Below are positions 17,585 to 26,495 of a stretch of DNA of 64,000 nt, one piece after another. How positions within the stretch are numbered: position 1 is the first letter of the stretch; the number at the start of each line of letters is the position of its first letter. Made by a program: the position numbers and the translations under genes. The stretch lies in the NCBI GenBank assembly GCA_902552805.1, contig CACDIC010000003.1, positions 42,518 to 106,517 of the forward strand. The letters are read 5' to 3'. Origin of the DNA: an uncultured Pelagibacteraceae bacterium (GTDB lineage Bacteria; Pseudomonadota; Alphaproteobacteria; Pelagibacterales; Pelagibacteraceae). The notes below the pieces were generated by a model. That model searched no databases and was not told the origin of the DNA. It worked only from the letters and a program-made list of their open reading frames with translations.

Positions 17585-18913
17585 ATGACAGATATATTTT
17601 CTTTAAGTCTTGAAGAACTTGCTACAAAGATTAAAGATGCTCAACTCACTTCTGTTGATGTTTGTGAAAAGTATATCGAGAGAATCAATAAATTTGACAT
17701 AGATATAAAGGCTTGGGCCCATTTCGATAAAAAAGTTTTATTAGAAAAAGCTGCAGAAGCTGATGATCATAGAAGATCTGGTAAACCAATTGGTCCACTT
17801 CATGGAGTGCCTATTGCGGTTAAAGACATTATTGGGACAGTTGATATGCCAACCGAATGTGGAACAGTTATTAGAAAAGGTAAATCATATTCACAAAATG
17901 CTGAAATAATTGATCTGCTTCATGCATCCGGAGCGATTGTAATGGGTAAAACAGCAACCTCAGAACTTGCTTATTTAGGGCCCCCGGCGACCACAAATCC
18001 ACATGATAAAACAAGAACACCAGGTGGTTCTTCAAGCGGATCAGCTGCTTCAGTGGCTTCGTTTATGGCACCTGCATCAATTGGATCACAAACTGGTGGA
18101 TCCATTATTAGACCAGCATCCTATTGCGGAGTTGTGGGTTATAAACCTAGTTATGGTTTGATATCTAGAAATGGTGTTTTAAGAACTTCTTACAATTTAG
18201 ATCATATAGGAATCTTTGGCCGAAAAGTTGAGGATGTGGCCATGCTAGCAAAAGTATTGATAAAAAAAGATAAATTTGATCCAGCAACAATACATTACTC
18301 AACGGAAAATATTTTATCTGAAACAAAAAAAGGACCTTTATTTGATCCTAAATTTATTTTTTATAAAACTGAACATTGGAAATTAATAGATAAAAAGTCT
18401 AGAGAGTCATTTGAATATTTTATTAATTCATTCAAAAAAAATATCGAGATTTTTGATACACCTTCTTATTTTAAGGATATTCACAAGTATCACCAAATTA
18501 TTCATGAGACTGATTTAGCCAACAATTTTTCAGTGTATTTTAAAAAATTTAAAAAGAAATTGTCTAAGTATATGCAAGATGCAATTACCAAAGGCAATAA
18601 ATATTCCGCGAAAGAATATGCAGAAGCAATTGATTTTATGAAAAGAAGCTATGAGTCTTACGAGGAAGTTTTTGAGGATTATCATGGAGTTTTGTCACCA
18701 GCTAGTCCAGGTGTTGCACCAAAGGGTTTAAAAAGTACAGGAACAGCAGAATTTAATAAAGTTTGGTCTTATCTTGGCACACCATGTATTTCGTTACCTT
18801 TACTTGAAGGAGAAAATAATTTACCATTAGGGGTTCAATTAATTGGCAATAAATATGACGATCATAGATTTCTAGGAGTTGCTAATTGGTTAGAAAAAGA
18901 ATGTCAGGAATAA
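17585..18913 (+). CDS. Amidase-signature family amidase
   Basis: PLHGVPIAVKD (Lys), TPGGSSSGSAA, GSQTGGSIIRPASYCG: Ser-cisSer-Lys triad intact; no gatB/gatC nearby. Confidence 0.9.
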   Translation: MTDIFSLSLEELATKIKDAQLTSVDVCEKYIERINKFDIDIKAWAHFDKKVLLEKAAEADDHRRSGKPIGPLHGVPIAVKDIIGTVDMPTECGTVIRKGKSYSQNAEIIDLLHASGAIVMGKTATSELAYLGPPATTNPHDKTRTPGGSSSGSAASVASFMAPASIGSQTGGSIIRPASYCGVVGYKPSYGLISRNGVLRTSYNLDHIGIFGRKVEDVAMLAKVLIKKDKFDPATIHYSTENILSETKKGPLFDPKFIFYKTEHWKLIDKKSRESFEYFINSFKKNIEIFDTPSYFKDIHKYHQIIHETDLANNFSVYFKKFKKKLSKYMQDAITKGNKYSAKEYAEAIDFMKRSYESYEEVFEDYHGVLSPASPGVAPKGLKSTGTAEFNKVWSYLGTPCISLPLLEGENNLPLGVQLIGNKYDDHRFLGVANWLEKECQE

Positions 18914-18914
18914 A

Positions 18915-19091
18915 ATGAATAAAATTACTACAATTATAGGATTATCTTTTGCAGTTTTCTTTTTAATTGGTTTAGCAACAACTTTAACGAGATCAATGAT
19001 GATCGGCTTCTTGGATGTTATTCCAGTTTATCTTTTAATGGGTGCAGCTATCATCATGATGATATACGAAGCCTTTTTTGATAAAGATTAA
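18915..19091 (+). CDS. Small 58-aa two-helix membrane protein (missing from ORF track)
   Basis: ATG 18915 to TAA 19091: MNKITTIIGLSFAVFFLIGLATTLTRSMMIGFLDVIPVYLLMGAAIIMMIYEAFFDKD; fills the amidase-DMT gap with 1-bp and 11-bp spacers. Confidence 0.8.
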   Translation: MNKITTIIGLSFAVFFLIGLATTLTRSMMIGFLDVIPVYLLMGAAIIMMIYEAFFDKD

Positions 19092-19102
19092 TATCAATTA
19101 AA

Positions 19103-20008
19103 TTGAAAAATATTAAGACAGATATATTTCCATTATCATTACTATTTATACAACCAATCTTTATGGCTAGTAACTTAGTTGTTGCTAGAGGCGGTGTTGA
19201 ATTTGTTCCACCTATTTCACTTGCATTTTGGCGTTGGACATTAGTTTTTTTGATTTTATTACCATTCACTTATTTAACTTTAAAAAATAATTTTCATATA
19301 ATTAAAAAGGAATATAAAAAATTATTTTTTTTAGGGTCAATGGGATGTGGTGTATGTGGCGCTTTCCCTTTTTTAGCTGGTGAGACAACAACTGTAACTA
19401 ATATGGGGATAATTTACACATCCTCTCCAGTTTTTATTATTTTGATTTCATATTTCTTTTTTCAAGAAAAAATAAATTTGACAAAGGTAATTGGTTTAAT
19501 TGCTTGTTTGATTGGTGTCTTTGTCATTATTATTAAAGGTGATATTGATTTATTAATTAATCTTAGATTTACAATTGGTGATTTATGGATGTTAGCTGCT
19601 GCAGTTGGTTGGGCTTTATATTCTATTTATTTATTTTATTGGAAATCAAAATTAAAAATTTTCGATAGATTTGCTATGATTTCCTTTTTTGGTGCTTTAA
19701 GTTTGTTACCCTTTTATGTTGGTGAGGAATTATTTTATAAAGAGACTATTTTTGTAACAGAATTTTATTTATGGGTGATTTTTGCTGCTATATCGCCAGG
19801 GATAATTGCCTTTACACTTTATACTATAGCTCAAAAAAAATTAGGTGCATCTTTAACTGGCTTTACGCTTTATGTTTTTACAGTTTACGGTGCAATTTAT
19901 GGATACTTTTTATTTGACGAAAAATTTGAAAATTACCATATTATTGGGACTATTCTGGTATTTTTTGGCGTATATTTAGCAAAGAAAAATAATGTTAAAA
20001 AGGTTTAG
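19103..20008 (+). CDS. DMT/EamA family transporter
   Basis: About 10 TM helices, PISLAFWRW, FFFQEKI, GDLWML, YFLFDEK. Confidence 0.9.
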   Translation: MKNIKTDIFPLSLLFIQPIFMASNLVVARGGVEFVPPISLAFWRWTLVFLILLPFTYLTLKNNFHIIKKEYKKLFFLGSMGCGVCGAFPFLAGETTTVTNMGIIYTSSPVFIILISYFFFQEKINLTKVIGLIACLIGVFVIIIKGDIDLLINLRFTIGDLWMLAAAVGWALYSIYLFYWKSKLKIFDRFAMISFFGALSLLPFYVGEELFYKETIFVTEFYLWVIFAAISPGIIAFTLYTIAQKKLGASLTGFTLYVFTVYGAIYGYFLFDEKFENYHIIGTILVFFGVYLAKKNNVKKV

Positions 20009-20810
20009 GAATAGTTTGTTATTATTTTTACAACTAACAATTTTAGTTTACCTATTTCTCTTAGTATTTCTTTATTTTTATCAAAGGAACTTAATGTATC
20101 ATCCTGATGAAAATAATTATTTTGATGACAAACTCTCAGTTTATATTGAAAAAGTAAAAGTCCCAACCCAAGATGGATTAGATTTATTGGGTTGGTATCA
20201 TGAAAAAGATATAAAAAAAAATAAAACAATTCTATTTTTTCATGGAAATGCTGGATCTTTAGAAAATAGAATTCATAAATTAAATCATTTTAGAGACATG
20301 AGTGTTAATTTTTTAATAATTGCTTGGAGAGGTTTTAGTGGTAACGAGGGCAAACCATCAGAGTCTGGATTATATGAGGATGGTGAAAGTGCAATTAAAT
20401 GGTTGGTAAAAAAAGGTGTAGATGAAAAAAATATAGTAATTTATGGAGAATCATTAGGAACAGGAGTTGCAACACATTTATCCCAGAACAAAGAGTTTGC
20501 AGGTGTTATTTTAGAAACTCCATTCACATCAATGATTGATGCGGCTAAAAAATTTTATCCATATATACCCGTTGGTCTTTTACTCAAAGATAAATTTGAA
20601 AATAAAAACAAAATTAAAAATATTAAATCTCCAATTTTGATAATGCATGGTGAAAAAGATCAAATTGTTCCTTTTGAGATGGGTAAAAAGATGTTTGAGA
20701 TAGCTAATGAACCCAAATATTCATATTTTACCAAATATGACAATCATATGATGGAATATGACGAGAGTCTTGTAAAAGCACTAAACTCTTTTTTGATTAA
20801 TTTAAATTAA
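19992..20810 (+). CDS. Membrane-anchored alpha/beta hydrolase (YfhR/ABHD13/Bem46-like)
   Basis: N-terminal TM, FFHGNAG, GESLG nucleophile elbow, HGEKDQIVP, late His. Confidence 0.88.
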   Translation: MLKRFRNSLLLFLQLTILVYLFLLVFLYFYQRNLMYHPDENNYFDDKLSVYIEKVKVPTQDGLDLLGWYHEKDIKKNKTILFFHGNAGSLENRIHKLNHFRDMSVNFLIIAWRGFSGNEGKPSESGLYEDGESAIKWLVKKGVDEKNIVIYGESLGTGVATHLSQNKEFAGVILETPFTSMIDAAKKFYPYIPVGLLLKDKFENKNKIKNIKSPILIMHGEKDQIVPFEMGKKMFEIANEPKYSYFTKYDNHMMEYDESLVKALNSFLINLN

Positions 20811-20859
20811 GCCATATTCTAAACAAATATTTTTCAAGATTTAAGATTAAGTTTAAAAA

Positions 20860-21423
20860 GTGAAAAATGTTTTTATTTTTATAATTTTATTCATAACTTT
20901 TAAAAGCTTTGCTTTTTCGAAAGATAATTCATTTTATCCTGATGATTTATTTCACATAGATCATATGGACTCTCACAACAAAAAATTTGCGCTATATTTT
21001 AAGGGGCGAGAGAAATCGATTTTAGCTAGAGGTGAAGAAAGTAATTATATAAATGATTATCCAAAAGATCTTTATATCTATAATTATTCAACAAAGTCTT
21101 CTTCACCATTGATCTCTTATGATTGGTTTCCCTCTCAAGCCAAGTTTCATTTAGAGGAATATGACTTTCCTGTATTTCCAGACGACTTTGCTTATTATCT
21201 TTTAAAAGATGATAAAACACTGGTGATGATTAGTGCAGTTAAAAGTTTAAACGCAAACTTTAAGTATGATATTTTTAATAAGAAACTTGAACTTTACCCC
21301 ACTACAGGAAAATTTGATTTTATTATTTCGTCTTTTTCTAAGGATTGTGGGCATTATAAATTTAAAGATAATTATAAGTGTAGTATTTATAAACCTTTAA
21401 TCTCGAGTAATTTAATCAATTAA
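20860..21423 (+). CDS. Hypothetical secreted protein
   Basis: 187-aa ORF with signal-peptide-like N-terminus, fills the gap to ftsY; no family recognised. Confidence 0.7.
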   Translation: MKNVFIFIILFITFKSFAFSKDNSFYPDDLFHIDHMDSHNKKFALYFKGREKSILARGEESNYINDYPKDLYIYNYSTKSSSPLISYDWFPSQAKFHLEEYDFPVFPDDFAYYLLKDDKTLVMISAVKSLNANFKYDIFNKKLELYPTTGKFDFIISSFSKDCGHYKFKDNYKCSIYKPLISSNLIN

Positions 21424-22333
21424 CCTGAGTAAAAGCTTCAGCAAATTTTTCTGCATTAAATAATTGTAAGTCGTCTTCTTTTTCGCCCAAGCCTAAAGCA
21501 ATAATAGGTAATTGATATTTTTTTGCTATCGCCAATAGAATACCGCCTTTGGCAGTTCCATCTAATTTGGTCATGATTAAACCAGTTAATGGAATAATTT
21601 TGTTAAATTCTTCTACTTGATTAATTACATTCTGTCCCGATGTTGCGTCTAAAACTAAAATAATGTTGTGAGGGGCATCCTGGTCAATTTTTTTTGTTAC
21701 ATTGGCTATCTTTTTATATTCCTCCATTAAATTTTTTTTATTTTGTAGTCTTCCAGCAGTATCGATTAATACTTGGTGAAAATTATTTTTGATTGCTTCT
21801 TCAACTGCTTTATATGCGACTGATGCTGGATCAGAACCTTGAGATGATTTAGTTATTTTAACGTCAATTTTATTTGCCCAGTTTTCTAATTGTTCAATAG
21901 CTGCTGCTCGAAAAGTATCAGAAGCGGCAAACATAACTTTGTTTCCGTTAGTTTTTAAAATTTTACCTATTTTACCAATAGTTGTTGTTTTGCCAACACC
22001 ATTCACACCTGAGATTAATGTTGCATTGAGTTTATCTTTTTTTTCGAAAAAAGAATTATTCTCTAAAGGTTTCATTAGATTAATAATATATTCTTTTAAA
22101 ATGAGATTTATCTCGGTTGATAAATCTTTATTTGGATCGATTTTTTTATTTGAAATGATTTCCTTGATTTCAGACGCAGCCTCGACACCTACATCTGACT
22201 CAATTAAAAATTCCTCAATTTTATTTAAATTTTTATCGTCAATCTCTTTTTTTATAATTATTTCTTTTAGTCCAGATGTCAGTGCAGATGCACTTTTTTT
22301 AAAGCCTATCTTAAATTTATCAAAAATTCCCAT
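21416..22333 (-). CDS. ftsY: SRP receptor FtsY (NG domain only)
   Basis: GVNGVGKTTT, DTFRAAA, DTAGR, TKLDGTAKGG. Confidence 0.97.
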   Translation of the reverse strand: MGIFDKFKIGFKKSASALTSGLKEIIIKKEIDDKNLNKIEEFLIESDVGVEAASEIKEIISNKKIDPNKDLSTEINLILKEYIINLMKPLENNSFFEKKDKLNATLISGVNGVGKTTTIGKIGKILKTNGNKVMFAASDTFRAAAIEQLENWANKIDVKITKSSQGSDPASVAYKAVEEAIKNNFHQVLIDTAGRLQNKKNLMEEYKKIANVTKKIDQDAPHNIILVLDATSGQNVINQVEEFNKIIPLTGLIMTKLDGTAKGGILLAIAKKYQLPIIALGLGEKEDDLQLFNAEKFAEAFTQVN

Positions 22334-23157
22334 TACAGTTTGAACTCAATTTCTTTTATTTCTGAAACGGGTCCTTTCATGTGGATTGAATTTTTATCAT
22401 CTATAAGAATTGATAATTTACCTGTTTGAAATTCTATGTCTGTTTTATTTTCAGTAAGATCATTTAATTTACCAGCAAATGCTGTTGCACATGCAGCTGT
22501 TCCACATGCTTTGGTCAGCCCCGCTCCTCTCTCCCATACCTTCACTCTAATTAAATTTTTATTAATTATTGTAGCAATTGTAACATTACATTTTTCTGGA
22601 AAAATTTTATGATTTTCAATTTCGGGTCCAATTTTTTCAATATTAAAATTTTCAATTTCGTTTACAAAAAAAACGATATGTGGATTTCCAACATTAACTG
22701 CCGTTCCACCTGAATGTTCTTTGTTATTTGAATCAATAATCTTAATATTCAAATTTTTCGTATCTAGTTTTTCTGATAAAGGAATTTCGTTCCATTGTAA
22801 TTTAGCTTTACCAATTTCAGTCGTAACAATGTTTTTATCTAATATTTTTGACTCTAAATTTCCATTTGAAGTTGACAAAATGATGTTTCCAGATTTTGTC
22901 TCCTCGGCGATTAATTTTGCAACACATCTAGTACCATTTCCACACGCACCAGACTCTCCTCCATCAGAATTAAAAAATTTTAAATTTGCGTCACTTGATT
23001 TGCTAGATTCAATAAATATTAATTGATCACAGCCAATAAAATTTCTATCACAAATTTTTATGATTTGATCTTTAGTCAAATTGGTAATCTTTTGTCTATT
23101 ATCAATTATTACAAAATCATTACCTAATCCATCCATTTTAAAAGCTCTAATATCCAT
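22333..23157 (-). CDS. dapF: Diaminopimelate epimerase
   Basis: GLGNDF, ACGNGTRC, GNPH, WERGAGLTKACGT. Confidence 0.96.
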   Translation of the reverse strand: MDIRAFKMDGLGNDFVIIDNRQKITNLTKDQIIKICDRNFIGCDQLIFIESSKSSDANLKFFNSDGGESGACGNGTRCVAKLIAEETKSGNIILSTSNGNLESKILDKNIVTTEIGKAKLQWNEIPLSEKLDTKNLNIKIIDSNNKEHSGGTAVNVGNPHIVFFVNEIENFNIEKIGPEIENHKIFPEKCNVTIATIINKNLIRVKVWERGAGLTKACGTAACATAFAGKLNDLTENKTDIEFQTGKLSILIDDKNSIHMKGPVSEIKEIEFKL

Positions 23158-23210
23158 ATATAGTTATTTAACTTATTTATTGACTTTTTGAACCTCTATT
23201 ATAGTTTGTG

Positions 23211-23304
23211 GCAGTTTCCGCAAAAACGTTAAATTTGCGGTGTCTTTGGAAACAAAGAGATCGACACTAGTCAGCGAGGGTTCGCCCACTAGTGAGATTA
23301 CTGC
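23211..23304 (+). ncRNA. ffh leader structured RNA (cis-regulatory motif reported for Pelagibacter/alphaproteobacteria)
   Basis: GC-rich island with closing stem GCAGT/ACTGC (23211-15/23300-04) and three hairpins: CCGCAAA/TTTGCGG (23218-40), TCTTTG-GAAA-CAAAGA (23243-58, GNRA loop), CACTAGT..GCGA-GGGT-TCGC..ACTAGTG (23265-94); ends 14 nt before the ffh ATG. Confidence 0.85.
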
Positions 23305-23318
23305 TGTGTGAAATAAAT

Positions 23319-24677
23319 ATGTTTGAAAATTTAACAAATAAATTTGAGGAAGTTTTTTCCTCTCTGAAAAAAGCCCCTTCGCTTGATGAGAGCCAAGTTG
23401 ATGAAGGCCTTAGAGCTATTAGACAAGCCTTACTAGAGGCCGATGTATCACTTGAGGTCGCAAAAGATTTTATTGAAAAAGTTAAACCTAAAGCTTTAGG
23501 GCAAGAAATTATCAGATCTACATCTCCTGGTGATATGGTTGTAAAAATCGTTTATGACGAATTAGTTAATTTATTAGGTGAAAAAAACATTGATGTAAAT
23601 TTAAACGCCGTTCCTCCCGTACCAATGATGTTAGTTGGTCTACAAGGTTCAGGTAAAACTACCACTACTGCAAAACTTGCAAGATATTTAGAAAATACAA
23701 AGAAAAAGAAGGTAATGATGGTTAGCTTAGATATTTATAGACCAGCTGCACAAGAACAATTGAAATCTTTAGGTGAGCAAAATGATATCTTAACTTTACC
23801 AATTATAGAGGGTCAACAACCAGCAGATATTTGTCAGAGAGCAATAAGTGCTGCAAATTTAAATGGTGCCGACATTATCTTATTTGATACAGCTGGCAGA
23901 ACACAAATAGATCTTCAAATGATGAGTGAAATAAAGCAGATTGAAAATATAATCAATCCCGCTGAAACTTTTTTAGTTGCAGATTCTTTAACAGGTCAAG
24001 TAGCGGCATCAGTTGCAAAAGAATTTAAAAATACTGTAGGTTTATCAGGAATTATTTTAACAAGAGCTGATGGTGATGCCAGAGGTGGGGCCGCGGTAAG
24101 TATGAAATTTGTATCAGAGGTTCCAATTAAGTTTTTAGGGGTAGGAGAAAAAATTGAAAATTTTGAGGTCTTTCATCCTGATAGGATTGCTAACCGAATT
24201 CTTGGAATGGGAGATATTGTATCTCTAGTTGAAAAAGCAGCACAAGATTTAGGTGAAGAAAATATTAAAAAGACAGAAGAGAATTTAAAAAAGGGACAAT
24301 TTTCAATGCAAGATTATTTAACTCAACTAAGACAGATGAAAAAAATGGGTGGAATAGAGGGAATTATGTCTTTTATGCCAGGTATTTCTAAAGTTAAATC
24401 ACAAATGGATGCTGCGGGTATTGACGAAAGTGTTATCACTAAGAATGAGGCTATAATTTTATCGATGACAAAAAAAGAAAGAGAGAACCCAAAAATAATT
24501 GATGGTTCTAGAAAAAGAAGAATTGCTAATGGTTCTGGAACTGATCCAGCCACTATCAATAAATTGTTAAAACAATTTAAAATGATGTCTGAAATGATGA
24601 GAAAGATGTCTAAAGGAAATCTGAAAGGTATGTCTGACAAAGGAATACCACCAGAATTATTTAATCAATTAAAATAA
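23319..24677 (+). CDS. ffh: Signal recognition particle protein Ffh
   Basis: Start reassigned to ATG 23319 (MFENL); GLQGSGKTTT, DTAGR, RILGMGD, Met-rich M domain. Confidence 0.97.
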   Translation: MFENLTNKFEEVFSSLKKAPSLDESQVDEGLRAIRQALLEADVSLEVAKDFIEKVKPKALGQEIIRSTSPGDMVVKIVYDELVNLLGEKNIDVNLNAVPPVPMMLVGLQGSGKTTTTAKLARYLENTKKKKVMMVSLDIYRPAAQEQLKSLGEQNDILTLPIIEGQQPADICQRAISAANLNGADIILFDTAGRTQIDLQMMSEIKQIENIINPAETFLVADSLTGQVAASVAKEFKNTVGLSGIILTRADGDARGGAAVSMKFVSEVPIKFLGVGEKIENFEVFHPDRIANRILGMGDIVSLVEKAAQDLGEENIKKTEENLKKGQFSMQDYLTQLRQMKKMGGIEGIMSFMPGISKVKSQMDAAGIDESVITKNEAIILSMTKKERENPKIIDGSRKRRIANGSGTDPATINKLLKQFKMMSEMMRKMSKGNLKGMSDKGIPPELFNQLK

Positions 24678-24690
24678 AAAAGGAGAGTAA

Positions 24691-25188
24691 ATGTTAAAAC
24701 TTAGATTATCAAGAGGTGGAACAAAGAAAAGACCAGTTTACAAAGTTGTTGTAGCTGATAGTCGTTTTGCAAGAGATGGACGTTTCATAGAAAAAGTTGG
24801 TTTTTTTAATCCTCTATTACCTAAAGAAAAAAAAGAAAGAATAGGATTAGAGGCAGAAAGAATAAAATATTGGTTAGGCCAAGGTGCACAACCTACCACA
24901 AGAGTAGCAAGAATCTTAGGTGAAAATGAGTTAATGCCAATGCCTGCTAATGGTAACAATCCTCAAAAAGCTATTCCAAAAAAAGATAGAAAAAAAGAAG
25001 GGTCTGATGATGCTAAAAAGGAAGAGGCAGCAAAAGCAGACGCAGCACCAAAAGATGGAGCAAAAAAAGAAGAAGCTCCAAAAGCAGAAGCTAAAAAAGA
25101 GGAAGCTCCAAAAGCAGACGCTCCAAAAGCAGACGCTAAAAAGGAAGAAGCTCCAAAAACAGACGCTCCAAAAGAGGAAAAAAAGTAA
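24691..25188 (+). CDS. rpsP: 30S ribosomal protein S16 with long repetitive C-terminal extension
   Basis: [27 protein letters not shown]; AAGGAG RBS. Confidence 0.97.
   Translation: MLKLRLSRGGTKKRPVYKVVVADSRFARDGRFIEKVGFFNPLLPKEKKERIGLEAERIKYWLGQGAQPTTRVARILGENELMPMPANGNNPQKAIPKKDRKKEGSDDAKKEEAAKADAAPKDGAKKEEAPKAEAKKEEAPKADAPKADAKKEEAPKTDAPKEEKK
25008..25185 (+). repeat. Imperfect in-frame tandem repeats (KKEEAPKA / APKAD) in the rpsP tail
   Basis: Recurrent GCTCCAAAAGCAGAC and AAAAAAGAAGAAGCTCCA-like units. Confidence 0.8.
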
Positions 25189-25202
25189 TTTAAGGTTTAC
25201 TT

Positions 25203-25889
25203 ATGTTAAAGACACAAGTGTTAACACTTTATCCAGAAATTTTCCCTGGTCCGTTAAACAAAGGATTATATGGAAAAGCAATGGCTAAAAAGATATGGAG
25301 TCTTAATGTAGTAAACATAAGAGATGCAGCAACAGATAAACACAAAACTGTTGATGATACTCCATATGGTGGTGGATCAGGTATGCTGTTAAAACCAGAC
25401 ATACTAGCAAAATCAATTGATAAAAATATCCAGAAGGGGGAAAGAATTTTTTATCTTTCGCCAAAAGGTAAAAAATTTGATCAAAGACTTGCACAAGATT
25501 TATCAAAAGAAAAATCATTCAGTTTAATTTGTGGACATTTCGAAGGTGTTGATGAAAGAGTACTATCCACAAGAAATATTGAGGAAATAAGTATAGGAGA
25601 TTATGTGCTTTCTGGAGGGGAAACAGCTGCTCTTGTTGTTCTTGATAGTGTATTAAGACTTTTGCCTGGAGTTTTAGGTAATGATAAATCATCTTCGGAG
25701 GAAACTTTTGAAAATGGTCTTTTAGAGTATCCTCAATATACAAAACCTCAAATTTGGGAGGAAAAATCAGTACCAGATGTCTTATTATCAGGGGATCATA
25801 GCAAAATTAAAGACTGGCGTTTATCTCAATCTGAGGCTATAACACGCGTCCGAAGACCAGATTTGTGGCAAAAATATAAGAAGGATTAA
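25203..25889 (+). CDS. trmD: tRNA (guanine37-N1)-methyltransferase
   Basis: [42 protein letters not shown]. Confidence 0.97.
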   Translation: MLKTQVLTLYPEIFPGPLNKGLYGKAMAKKIWSLNVVNIRDAATDKHKTVDDTPYGGGSGMLLKPDILAKSIDKNIQKGERIFYLSPKGKKFDQRLAQDLSKEKSFSLICGHFEGVDERVLSTRNIEEISIGDYVLSGGETAALVVLDSVLRLLPGVLGNDKSSSEETFENGLLEYPQYTKPQIWEEKSVPDVLLSGDHSKIKDWRLSQSEAITRVRRPDLWQKYKKD

Positions 25890-25890
25890 C

Positions 25891-26484
25891 TTGATAAATA
25901 TTGAAATGAAAACGATTGAAGAAATAAATCAACATAATGTAAAAAAAATTCTTTTGGAAAAAAAGATCCCAGAATTCTTTCCAGGTGATGTTGTAAAAGT
26001 TGGTGTAAGGATTACAGAGGGAAAAAAAGAAAGAATTCAGTATTTTGAAGGGGTATGTATTGCCAAAAAAAGCAGAGATTTAAATTCTTCTTTTACAGTT
26101 AGAAAGATTTCTTTTGGTGAAGGTGTTGAGAGAACATTTCCGCTATTTGGTACAGTAATTGACTCAATAAAAGTTATTCGTTCAGGAAAAGTTAGAAGAG
26201 CTAAACTATATTACTTAAGAGATAGAACTGGTAAATCAGCTAGAATTGCCGAAAAAATAAGAAAGAAGATTGGTATTGATATAGATGTAAAACCAGAAAC
26301 AGTAACTGAGGAAAATTTAGCTCCTGTTTCAACAGAAGCATCTGATAATAAAGAAGATGCAACTAAGGCAGAGGCTAAGAAAGAAGAAACTCTTAAGGAA
26401 GAGCCAAAAAAAGAAGAAACAGCCAAAGTTGAAACAAAACCTAAAACTGAAGAAAAACTTGAAACTTCTCCAGAAAAAAAATAA
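25891..26484 (+). CDS. rplS: 50S ribosomal protein L19 with Glu/Lys-rich C-terminal extension
   Basis: [29 protein letters not shown]; alternative start ATG 25906. Confidence 0.97.
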   Translation: MINIEMKTIEEINQHNVKKILLEKKIPEFFPGDVVKVGVRITEGKKERIQYFEGVCIAKKSRDLNSSFTVRKISFGEGVERTFPLFGTVIDSIKVIRSGKVRRAKLYYLRDRTGKSARIAEKIRKKIGIDIDVKPETVTEENLAPVSTEASDNKEDATKAEAKKEETLKEEPKKEETAKVETKPKTEEKLETSPEKK

Positions 26485-26495
26485 TTTTTTTTTCA

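Noticed and set aside
23292-23318. N-terminal extensions given by the track for Ffh (also Mdh 40655, SdhD 36278, PagL-like 7795)
   Set aside because: Upstream GTG/TTG/ATG codons fall in an RNA leader or the previous gene; downstream ATGs match family N-termini
25008-25185. Repeats considered as a CRISPR-like array
   Set aside because: In-frame coding repeats without unique spacers; no cas genes
24950-25288. 112-aa off-frame ORF with KQTLQ repeats
   Set aside because: Alternative reading of the rpsP tail repeats; not an independent gene
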